This document shows, in pieces, positions 1-8,223 of a stretch of 32,000 nucleotides of DNA. Location of the stretch: positions 270,001-302,000 of the forward strand of contig NC_014735.1 of NCBI RefSeq assembly GCF_000172995.2, written 5' to 3'. This stretch comes from Halogeometricum borinquense DSM 11551 (GTDB lineage Archaea; Halobacteriota; Halobacteria; Halobacteriales; Haloferacaceae). The notes beneath the pieces were generated by a model. The model searched no databases, was not told the DNA's origin, and saw only the letters and a program-made list of their open reading frames with translations. A program made the translations under genes and the position numbers. Each line of letters opens with the position of its first letter. Positions within the stretch are counted from its first letter, which is position 1.

Positions 1-75
1 TCTCTTGTTAATTTTTCGTCATGAACGGTGCCGGTACGGTCGAGAGGATCGCCGGCGGTGTGCGAATCGCTCGTG

Positions 76-2847
76 CTATTCCGTTCGAGGCGACGGTGGT
101 TGTGTCGGTAACACGGGTGACAACAGGTGATCGAACACCTTTTGCTCGGCTTTTCGAAGGTGTTGGTGGAACGTCGGCGGCGAGACACCTAACGATTCGG
201 CCACGCCCTCGCCCGTCGTCTCCCGAGGCCACTGGAAGAACCCAGCGTGATAGGCGGCTTCAAGCGCCGTTCGCTGCCGCTCGGTCAGTTGGTTACGCAA
301 GACGCGCTGGATTCGATTCGTCGTGTTATCCCGCCGGGTCACCTGTCGGTGTTTGAGCAACTGCGCCATCGGATACGTTTCCTCGATCGTTTTGGTTATC
401 TGTCGAATGTCCGCCGTCGGTGCGACATGAACGGTGATGTTGTAGTCGCCGTCTTCGATGACAGCTTGCTTGATTGAACCGCCAGCCGAAGCGACCACCG
501 AGAGAACAGGGGGATTTGAGAGTTGAGCCTCGAAATCCGTCTTCTTTCCTTCATCGTGGAATGAGACAGATTCCCAGTACGGGAGTTGTTCGACGATACT
601 CCGAACGTTGTCGATTGCGTCCCCCGTCGCGCTCCCGTACAGCAGATATCTCTCGTCTTCGATAGGCATCATGTGGTCGAACGAGATTCGCCCGTTCTGG
701 TTTGATTCGGCATTTAACGCCTCGAAGACATCAGGTATCTGAAATGCAATTTCGATCACGTCATCGCTCATGAGTGCCCGCTTTCGTTCCGTTGCGGCGA
801 TGGCGTGGCCGATGATTTCACCGAGTTGTTCGACGACCGCCCGTTCTTCGCCTTCGAACGCATTGAGACGCTTACTGTAGACGTTCAAGACTCCGTATAT
901 CGCGTCTTCGTGGATGATCGGAATTGCGGCAGACGAGCGGAACTCGTGCGCTTCGATGTGCTCACGCCACGGGTCGTGGCTGGGATCTTGGTCGATATTC
1001 TGCGTTGTCTGTATTTCTCCGGTTTTGAATGCTCTCCCCGTGGGACCGTTGCTCCGCTCGTCGTTTGGGTCCACGGAGATGACAATATCGTCCAGATAGC
1101 CTTTGGTTCCAGCTTTGGTTCGGACGTTGACTCTCTTCGAGGTCGTGTCCACGTCGCCGACCCATGCGAACGAGTACGAATCCGATTTGGCGAGGAACTC
1201 ACAGACGGTTTCCTCGATCTCTTCGCGGGTTGATTGGTTGATGACCACATCTGTCGTCTCCCGGACGACTTCGTTGAGGCTGTTCAACGCCGCTAATCGC
1301 TCGCGCTGACGCACGAGTTCTCGTTCGTCCGCGTGACGAGCAATCGCCGAGGCGAGGATGTTGGCGACCGACTGGACGAAGTTGACGTCGTGCGTGGAGA
1401 ACGATTTCGCCGCTGTATCGTGTGTTCCGAGGATACCCCACGGATCGTCACTCGGGCCAACGATGGTGCTGATACCGCTTCGAACGTCGTGCTCTCTGAG
1501 CAGGTCCGGCCCGCTGAATCTCGTTTCTGTCTCTAAGTCTGATACCACGACTGGCTGGTCGGTTCGCAGTGTGTGGGCCGCTTGGGAGTCGTCTGCGACG
1601 GCGGACACAGTCGCGGAGCCGACGATTCCGTCGTGCCACCCCACTCCTTGTCGAAGCAGTAGTTCGTCCGCATCGGCGTCGAGGTCGAGAATTTTACAGT
1701 AGTCGTTGCCGAGGGTGTTGGCGACCTGTCTTGTGGCTTCGGTCAGCAACGTATCGATATCCCGAACTTCGAGCGCTTGCCGACCGAGTTTCGTGATTGA
1801 CTTTTGCTGACGTATCCGTCGCTGTAGTTTCTGTTCGCGTTCGAGGCGGTCGGAGACGTCGCGGACGACACCACACCGCCCGTAGCTTCCTTCCAATGGG
1901 AACAGCGCGAACCGGCTCTCACACGGAACTTTCTCCCCGGATTTTGTCCTGATGTCAAGTTCGATCCTCGCTGACTCTCGGTCTGTATCGATGACCGTTT
2001 GGAGTTTTGACTCCACTCTGGGCATAATTTTGTCGTTGTCGTGGACCATACTCACGTGGCTCCCGAGCAGTTCTTCGCGGTCGTAACCGGTCAACTCGCA
2101 GAACCCATCGTTGACGACGACGAACTCCATCTCTTCGTTGACAGCGTAGATGCCATCTTCGACGGTATCGACTATCGTCTCGTACTGCGCTCGGTTCTCT
2201 CGGAGTTTCCGCTCTCGGCGCTTTCGATACGTCACGTCGTAGTACACCTCGACGCGGCCACCCGCGTACGGTCCCGACTCGATGGGTCCGCTTCGATGCT
2301 CCAGCCAGCGTTCCTCGCGTCCGTCTCCGCTGGTCACCCGGCACTCGAACCGTTCGGTTCCGGTTTCCTGCTCGTACGTTGCGAGTACTCGCTCGGTGAA
2401 TCTCTCCGCGTTGTCGATAACGGGTGCAACAGTGCTTTCGACGAGTTCGGGTTTCTCCCGGCCAACGAGTTGACTGCGGTCGATACCGAAGTATCGCTCG
2501 ACGGCCTCGCTGGCCCACGCGACTTCGAAGTCCTCGTCAAGGACGAACACACCGACGTCGACGCGGCTGAGAACGTCATCGACCAACGACTCAACGGTTG
2601 TGGGCCAAGCGTTGAATCCCTCATCCTCGGTCTGCGGTTCCGTTGGACGCCACCAGACGCGGGCATTTGCTCCTACTTTCTTGGTCTCGAGTCGGCCGTG
2701 GTTGACGAGACGGTCCAAGCGGTCGTACGTGCTTCGCCGACCGAGTTCGAGACAGTCCGCGATTTCCGTCGTCGTCAGCGGGGTACCGGACTGCTCGAAG
2801 AGCGCAAGCGTCTCTCGAAGAGCGCTCGTCAGCGAGTTGGAGGTCAT
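76..2847 (-). CDS. Bat-like multidomain transcription regulator (N-terminal wHTH, PAS and GAF segments, C-terminal HTH_10)
   Basis: Long ORF with acidic haloarchaeal composition. N-terminus TTTEIADCLELGRRSTYDRLDRLVNHGRL looks like a winged helix. C-terminus LTERQRTALEAAYHAGFFQWPRETTGEGVAESLGVSPPTFHQHLRKAEQKV is the HTH_10/bacterio-opsin-activator type. The ORF track starts at GTG 2853; I prefer ATG 2847, which has a TCATATAC TATA-like box about 26 nt upstream. Confidence 0.85.
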   Translation of the reverse strand: MTSNSLTSALRETLALFEQSGTPLTTTEIADCLELGRRSTYDRLDRLVNHGRLETKKVGANARVWWRPTEPQTEDEGFNAWPTTVESLVDDVLSRVDVGVFVLDEDFEVAWASEAVERYFGIDRSQLVGREKPELVESTVAPVIDNAERFTERVLATYEQETGTERFECRVTSGDGREERWLEHRSGPIESGPYAGGRVEVYYDVTYRKRRERKLRENRAQYETIVDTVEDGIYAVNEEMEFVVVNDGFCELTGYDREELLGSHVSMVHDNDKIMPRVESKLQTVIDTDRESARIELDIRTKSGEKVPCESRFALFPLEGSYGRCGVVRDVSDRLEREQKLQRRIRQQKSITKLGRQALEVRDIDTLLTEATRQVANTLGNDYCKILDLDADADELLLRQGVGWHDGIVGSATVSAVADDSQAAHTLRTDQPVVVSDLETETRFSGPDLLREHDVRSGISTIVGPSDDPWGILGTHDTAAKSFSTHDVNFVQSVANILASAIARHADERELVRQRERLAALNSLNEVVRETTDVVINQSTREEIEETVCEFLAKSDSYSFAWVGDVDTTSKRVNVRTKAGTKGYLDDIVISVDPNDERSNGPTGRAFKTGEIQTTQNIDQDPSHDPWREHIEAHEFRSSAAIPIIHEDAIYGVLNVYSKRLNAFEGEERAVVEQLGEIIGHAIAATERKRALMSDDVIEIAFQIPDVFEALNAESNQNGRISFDHMMPIEDERYLLYGSATGDAIDNVRSIVEQLPYWESVSFHDEGKKTDFEAQLSNPPVLSVVASAGGSIKQAVIEDGDYNITVHVAPTADIRQITKTIEETYPMAQLLKHRQVTRRDNTTNRIQRVLRNQLTERQRTALEAAYHAGFFQWPRETTGEGVAESLGVSPPTFHQHLRKAEQKVFDHLLSPVLPTQPPSPRTE

Positions 2848-3227
2848 GGACACGCCTACGGCGGTCTGGTATATGATCCCTCCGACGACGGAGTCTCACT
2901 GTTCCGATGTCCGTTGTCTATCGGTATTCAAGACGAAAACACCCCTCCCAAATGCGCACTCAGCACAGATACCTCGTTATGAACGACGAAAATAGCCTAA
3001 TATATTATAACAAGGTCTTAGGCTACCGTAGGGTCTCAAAGTAACTGCAGGCTGGATGCGGTCCAGTTCGACTATCGCAGTGGTCTCGGTATCCATCTGC
3101 ATCCACAAACGCGACAGCAAGCGAATCTCTCCCCGCTGACCTACCATCGAATTGGTCTCGCTGACGTACGGCCCTCCACTTCATGCGGATCCCTTTCGAG
3201 AACTCTTGAACTTGGCTACGGCCGCTT

Positions 3228-3644
3228 TCAGTCGAACGTCATTCCGTATCCCCACGACTCCAACTGTGCTTCTGCCTCATCTAAGTGTTCGAGGCCGACC
3301 ATCACCAACGCTTCCCGCAGATCAGTCAGTGACACGTTGCCGTCGAATCGATCCTCTAACTCACGGAGCGCATCTCGCTCTGCAGTCTTCGTCTCAGACT
3401 GGAGGAACAGGGGAACGCGACTTCGGCCGTCTTGAACGCCGTCTCGGCGGAATTTGTACGGAATCTGCATCGATTGTGTCCGGCTCTCATCGTCGGTGTC
3501 CGTCGTGTCCGCCGTCGTGGATGTGCGTTCTTCCGACTCTGTCGTCGTCTCTGCTCGGTCGTTCGTTTCCTCAACATCCTCGTTTCCTCCGTCGGTGTCC
3601 TCTGCGAACGGGTCCTCTCCGGCCCCTTTCTTCATTCCGGTCAT
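3228..3644 (-). CDS. Small acidic protein, candidate ParA partner (possible ribbon-helix-helix-like centromere-binding protein)
   Basis: ATG at 3644 overlaps the parA stop in an ATGA (3641-3644). The first ~60 aa are a D/E/T-rich low-complexity tail. The C-terminal ~70 aa (RVPLFLQSE / TKTAERDALRELEDRF / LTDLREALVMVGLEHLDEAEAQL) read as beta-alpha-alpha. The part of the track ORF upstream of M61 is Arg/Pro-rich and overlaps parA, so I rejected it. Confidence 0.6.
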   Translation of the reverse strand: MTGMKKGAGEDPFAEDTDGGNEDVEETNDRAETTTESEERTSTTADTTDTDDESRTQSMQIPYKFRRDGVQDGRSRVPLFLQSETKTAERDALRELEDRFDGNVSLTDLREALVMVGLEHLDEAEAQLESWGYGMTFD

Positions 3645-4516
3645 ACGGTCATCACCTCGTGGTCCACGTCTCCCGGTTCGGGTGGGTTCGGGGCTTCGAG
3701 ACCGACTTCGGATTCGAGGTGGCGGGCGAGACGGTCGAACTGCGCGAGCGTCTCTACCTCGTAGTCGCGGCGGCGGTCGCGGTGTTCGCGGACGTACTCG
3801 AACGCCGAGCACTGTTGCATCCAACAGCCCTCCATCATCGATGCACGCTCACCGACGATTTCGGGAATCGGGTAGTCGATTTCGTCTAGCACTGCCCGCT
3901 GGTCACGCGTGTTCTTGAAGCCCATCGGAATCGCGGCGAGTACACCGACTTCGACTTCGAGTTGGTTTTCGAGACCGACGACGAGCGATTCGAGTCCTTC
4001 GACGGCGGCGCGGCCTTTCGCGCTCGGTTCGACGGGGATAACCAGCGACCGCGTTGCGTTGATCGCGTTGTAGAGGTGCGGCCCCTCCGTCGCCGGCGGG
4101 TCGCAGATGAGAACGTCGTAAGTCTCGGGCACCCCCGCTTCGCGGAGGACACGCAGCAGTTGGGCGTGCATTCCGAACGCTTCGCCCATCGCCTCCGCTT
4201 GGTCCTTCTCGCGCTGGAGGTACTCAGCGAGGTCGGAAAGCATGTTGTGCTCGGGGACGATATCGACACCTTCGACGGTTCGAACGAGGTCGTCGAACTC
4301 GCCTTTCGGCCGTCGAATCATGTGTCGGACGATGTTATCGACTGACTCCGTCCGTTCGTGATCGACGCCGAACAGGCGGGAGAGGTCGCCATCCTGTGGG
4401 TCGAGCGGTACGACGAGCGGTTTGAGACCCGCCCGGGCGTGCGCCACGGCGAGGTTCGCTGCGGTCGTGGTCTTACCCACTCCGCCGGCCTCGCTGTACG
4501 TCGAGTATGCCAGCAT
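3641..4516 (-). CDS. parA: ParA/MinD-family partition ATPase with atypical Walker A
   Basis: Walker A AGGVGKTT (4466-4489), LICDPPA Walker-B-like segment and VIPVEPS motif. I chose start ATG 4516 (MLAYSTYSEAGGVGKTT) because an ATTAAAG TATA-like box (4542-4548) is centred about 29 nt upstream. In-frame alternatives are ATG 4528 and GTG 4537. Confidence 0.85.
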   Translation of the reverse strand: MLAYSTYSEAGGVGKTTTAANLAVAHARAGLKPLVVPLDPQDGDLSRLFGVDHERTESVDNIVRHMIRRPKGEFDDLVRTVEGVDIVPEHNMLSDLAEYLQREKDQAEAMGEAFGMHAQLLRVLREAGVPETYDVLICDPPATEGPHLYNAINATRSLVIPVEPSAKGRAAVEGLESLVVGLENQLEVEVGVLAAIPMGFKNTRDQRAVLDEIDYPIPEIVGERASMMEGCWMQQCSAFEYVREHRDRRRDYEVETLAQFDRLARHLESEVGLEAPNPPEPGDVDHEVMTV

Positions 4517-4566
4517 TACCGTGTCCATAACGACCACTCCTCTTTAATGTTCGTCAGACAAACCCG

Positions 4567-4631
4567 TGAACACTCTTGATGAATGAATGTATTGAACACA
4601 GGAGATGAACAAATATGGTGAACATATAGTA
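4567..4631 (+). repeat. Five tandem 13-bp-phased iterons (TGAAYR-N7) upstream of parA, candidate centromere/operator
   Basis: Read directly: 4567 TGAACACTCTTGA, 4580 TGAATGAATGTAT, 4593 TGAACACAGGAGA, 4606 TGAACAAATATGG, 4619 TGAACATATAGTA. An extra GTGAACAC lies at 4694-4701. Confidence 0.5.
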
Positions 4632-4951
4632 TCCCGCTCGTTCAGTTATGCCTCTTCGAACGCCACCAGCAACAGCGATGTTGACTGCCCGCGGTGAACA
4701 CGCTGCTTCCACGACGAAGGGCATTGCTGAGCGACCCGTCTCGGACTCGTTCGTCGGTTCGATTGCCCGCCGGTTCGGCGCTAGAATCCGGTTGCTGTAG
4801 TGACTAGTTGGCACCGAATCTCGTTTCACGACATTTATACCGTCTCGGAACATCGACTCATTGGGAGCGGATAGGATCATCACTTTGTGATGCCGTGCCC
4901 GTTCCTACATACTGAGTGACAACTGGGTCGATGTTTTGCGTCGCTCAAACG

Positions 4952-5866
4952 TTACTGTCCGGATGTTCCCACTCGTCTATCTGGAATGCTGTGGAGACCC
5001 GGTTCACGTTCGACTCCCTCGGCGAGCATCTCGTAGGCGGCGACGAACATCATGGCGAACGTGGTGTCCATGACCTCGGCAGGGTGCCCTTGGCTGTGCG
5101 GTCCGGTGAGGTTGACGAGGCGGCCGTCCGCCAGTAGGTTCAACCGCCGACCGTCGGGCATGTGATACCGAGTGATCCCTTCTTTCGGTGTCGTCACGTC
5201 GTCGGCCATCGATTCTAGGGCGTTGCTGTCGATTTCGACGTCGAAGTGTCCCGAGTTGGCGATAATCGCGCTGTCTTTCATCCGCTCGAAGTGTTCCATT
5301 CGGAGAGCGTTTCGGCTCCCCGTTGCGGAGATGAACAGATCACCAACCTTCGACGCCTCGGCTATCTCCATCACGCGATGGCCGTCCATGTGCGCCTGCA
5401 GGGCTTTTCGGGGGTCAACTTCGGTGACGATGGTCTGACCGCCCATCCCGCGGGCTTTGCGCGCGATACCGCGGCCGCAGTAGCCGTAGCCGCAAACGAC
5501 CACGTCCTTACCGGAGATGATCGAATTCGTCGTGATGGCGATGTTCGTCAGTGAGGATCGCCGGTTCCGTGGACGTTATCGAATACCGTTTCATCGGCGT
5601 GTCGTTGCGCCGTAGATGGGAAACTGCAGGACTTCATCCCGTTCCATCGCCTCCAGTCGAGTGATTCCGACTGTCGTCTGTTCGCCGCCGCCGATGACGT
5701 TCGCCGCCACGTCGGGGTGGTTAGCATGTACCTTGGCGATGAGTTCGCATCCGTCGTCGAGGATGAAGTCGGGCTCATGTTCGAGTAACTTGTGCTGGGC
5801 GTTGTCGAACTCCTCGTCGGTCATTCCCTGCCACGCGAAGGCCGTGCAACTTCCACGTGCGGGATT
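4952..5866 (-). pseudogene. ahcY: Adenosylhomocysteinase pseudogene (5'-truncated, at least two frame disruptions)
   Basis: Three frames carry consecutive AhcY pieces. The pieces are AFAWQGMTDEEF...DDGCELI...GGGEQTTVGITRLEAM...FPIY, then FDNVHGTG, then VVCGYGYCGRGIARKA...TEVDP..ALQAHMDG...ANSGHFDVEI...DGRLVNL. An in-frame stop at 5867-5869 removes roughly the first 100 aa. Confidence 0.8.
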
Positions 5867-5961
5867 TTAATATATCACTATAGAGTTTATCGGAGATAGA
5901 ATATACAGTTGCCCGGGTGGAGACGCCCTGAAACACCGGTATTCGTTTTTCGAGGTTAGGT

Positions 5962-6853
5962 TTGTATTACCCCAGTAAGCACCATCACATTTCCCTGGAC
6001 CGCCGCTGTACGGGAAGCATAGATCGTATTCCACCTGAGTACGACGCTACTCCCGGGGATGACGCCCTCGTAGCAGTCACCGAGAAACGGCTGGTCAATA
6101 TCGACTCTGGACGCTACCGAATAAACGTCGCGAGTGTGCTGCGGAAGTTCGCAGCGTGGGCTCGGGACCAGCACAACACTTCCAGTCCCGACATTGACGA
6201 TGATCTCTGCCGACAGTACGCTCGCGACCTCCTCGGACCGACGACCGGGACGATATCTCGCCGGAGACAGCACGTCGGTACTTCGCTACGTCCGTTCGGT
6301 TCTCACATGGGCCATGTACGAGGGCTTGATACCGACGAACCCAGCCAAAACCAACCACGCTGAAGGGCCATTCCCAACCGACGAGACTGAAACAGACCAA
6401 CAGTACTAGACGACACGCGACCACGATCCCTCTGTGCGACTTCTACTGCCCGCGTCGACAAGACCGGCGAGAGCGACGACATTGACCGCACGGCGGCCTA
6501 CCGTGACAAAGCTCTCATCTTCTTGCTCGCATACTCAGGTGCGCGTAGCGCGGAACTCGTCGCCGTCTCTGACGACGAAGAACGGAACGGCCTGCGGTGG
6601 CGACACGTCAACTTAGAGGTCGGCATAATGCAGGTGTTCGGCAAGAACCGAACCTGTGAGTCTGCGCCAATCCTCGACGACGCGCTTCGCCCACTCCGAC
6701 GCTGGAAGCAACTTCGAGAGCCTGACGAGAATGAAGCTGTGTTCTCCAGACTTGACACGCTGCGAAAGCGCTAGACCGACGCCTTCGATCACTACACAGT
6801 TGGATCGGGATGTCCTCGCTACTGCGCGGCTACGCTTGACCGACCCCCTGTAG
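5962..6853 (+). pseudogene. Tyrosine recombinase/phage-type integrase remnant (multiple frameshifts, catalytic C-terminus missing)
   Basis: Pieces lie in different frames. The N-terminal SAM-like part is VASVLRKFAAWARDQ and RYVRSVLTWAMYEGLIPTNPA. The start of the catalytic domain is LLAYSGARSAELVAV..GLRWRHVNLEVG..VFGKNR. No HxxR or catalytic Tyr segment follows. Confidence 0.7.
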
Positions 6854-6901
6854 AAGGTAGACCGCCCTTGACTCGTCATACTCCGGTATAGTAATTCCAT
6901 A

Positions 6902-6910
6902 ATCACTATA
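6902..6910 (+). promoter_or_regulatory. ATCACTATA box 39 nt upstream of the HD-gene ATG (putative TATA/promoter element)
   Basis: The same 9-mer occurs at the identical distance (39 nt from its first base to the ATG) upstream of bdhA at 23846-23854. Confidence 0.4.
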
Positions 6911-6940
6911 TCTCCGAGGAGTGGACTTCCAATTCCTCCA

Positions 6941-7606
6941 ATGCCGCAGGAATTAGGTCCTCTTGCTCGAGAACTATCCCTGTCGTATTACGAAGACGCC
7001 CTCCCAGCCCACGACCGTTTCCACGCGAATCGGGTCCGCGATGTGGCGATTCGGTTAGCAAATGAGTGTGAGAACAACGTCGACAGAGACGTTCTGTCTG
7101 CAGCGGCGTGGTTGCACGACATTGGTCGCCCACGAGAGAGAGTGGGGAAAATCGGCAATCACGACGAATGGGGCACCGCTGAAGCGGCGGCCCTTCTTGC
7201 GGACGAAGGGGTTCCAACTGACCACATCGCCGCTATTAAACACTGTATCCGCACCCACAGTATTCGGTCTAGCTCCCCAGAACCGGAGACGATCGAGGCG
7301 AAATTACTCTTTGACGCGGATAAGTTGGACGCTGCTGGCGCACGCGGTCTCATTCGGATGGCCTGTATTGTCGGCGAGCGGTCGGGGAGAGCGGGCGAGA
7401 AATACGCAGTAATCGATGATTCCACAGCCTCTGGCATGGCTTCACCGGATTCCCCAGACGTGTCTCTCCTTCGAGAGTGGGCCGAGGAGCGTCTGAATCG
7501 GTTGTATACCTCACCCGGACGCCGTCTTGGCGAATCCCGACGGCGTTTCATGGACGAGTTTTTCACACAGTTTACTGGTGAAATCGGCGTTGCAGGGGAG
7601 AAATAG
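6941..7606 (+). CDS. HD-domain metal-dependent phosphohydrolase
   Basis: FHANRVRDVA, AAWLHDIGRP (HD motif), IRTHS and LFDADKLDAAGARG are typical of the HD superfamily. Confidence 0.85.
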   Translation: MPQELGPLARELSLSYYEDALPAHDRFHANRVRDVAIRLANECENNVDRDVLSAAAWLHDIGRPRERVGKIGNHDEWGTAEAAALLADEGVPTDHIAAIKHCIRTHSIRSSSPEPETIEAKLLFDADKLDAAGARGLIRMACIVGERSGRAGEKYAVIDDSTASGMASPDSPDVSLLREWAEERLNRLYTSPGRRLGESRRRFMDEFFTQFTGEIGVAGEK

Positions 7607-7682
7607 CCACCACCTGTCGCGTTATCGTGGTCGATTCAGATCTGCAACATGTATTATAACCGTCGAGGTTCTACGTCCCAAT

Positions 7683-8036
7683 ATGGTGATGAACACCCGA
7701 ACCGATGACCTCGGTATCGGCGTTTCGGCCATCGCAACTGCGGGATCAGTGGTTCTCGCGGCGTACCTGCTGTTCACCGAGGTGACGACGCTCCCGAGTA
7801 GTACGGAACCAGCGACGGGTCTCGAATCCGGAAATCCGTTCATCCTCGTGCTGGCAGCCCTTCCGATCTTTCTCTCGGCAGTCGGTCTAATCGGTGCGTA
7901 CTACGGCCGACCCGAGGCGCTCGCAATTGGAGGTGTCCTCCTGTTGGTTCTCGGCGTCCTTGGCCTGAATATCGGGTTCTTCTACTTGGCAATCGGCGCG
8001 GCGTTGCTCCTCGGCTACGTCTTCACGGCGCTCTAG
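7683..8036 (+). CDS. Small membrane protein (about 3 TM), unknown function
   Basis: Hydrophobic segments GVSAIATAGSVVLAAYLLF, PFILVLAALPIFLSAVGLIGAYY and LAIGGVLLLVLGVLGLNIGFFYLAIGAALLLGYVF. ATG 7683 has a TATTATAA box about 30 nt upstream. The part of the track ORF upstream of it overlaps the HD gene. Confidence 0.6.
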   Translation: MVMNTRTDDLGIGVSAIATAGSVVLAAYLLFTEVTTLPSSTEPATGLESGNPFILVLAALPIFLSAVGLIGAYYGRPEALAIGGVLLLVLGVLGLNIGFFYLAIGAALLLGYVFTAL

Positions 8037-8223
8037 CAACTGTACCTCCCTCTTCTTGTTTCAATATCTGACTGTCAGTAGCCAGTACGCGCTGCGTTGC
8101 TCGAATGACCTCAGACCCTTTTCGATACTCTCGCGGCGAGGTGGATGAGTCAACCTCTGGAACAGTTCGATCAGACGACAGCAAATAGAAGAATATATTG
8201 GTGAGTTGGAAAATGTAGCCAGT

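Noticed and set aside
2041-2982. 313-aa plus-strand ORF
   Set aside because: It is entirely antisense to the well-supported Bat-like regulator. It has no motifs and looks like a typical shadow ORF of high-GC DNA.
3152-3889. 245-aa plus-strand ORF across the parA/small-ORF junction
   Set aside because: It is antisense to two coupled genes with clear signatures. Its composition is Arg/Ser/Pro-rich, which is atypical for acidic haloarchaeal proteins.
4554-4883. 109-aa minus-strand ORF upstream of parA
   Set aside because: It runs through the iteron array and AT-rich promoter DNA. Its composition is non-haloarchaeal (Cys/His/Phe-rich C-terminus) and it has no start context.
5868-5961. Possible tRNA gene or att site next to the integrase remnant
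   Set aside because: I could not fold any cloverleaf or find a T-loop-like GGTTCRAATCC sequence. Only the short ATCACTATA/TCGGAGATA motifs are present, and these are reported separately.
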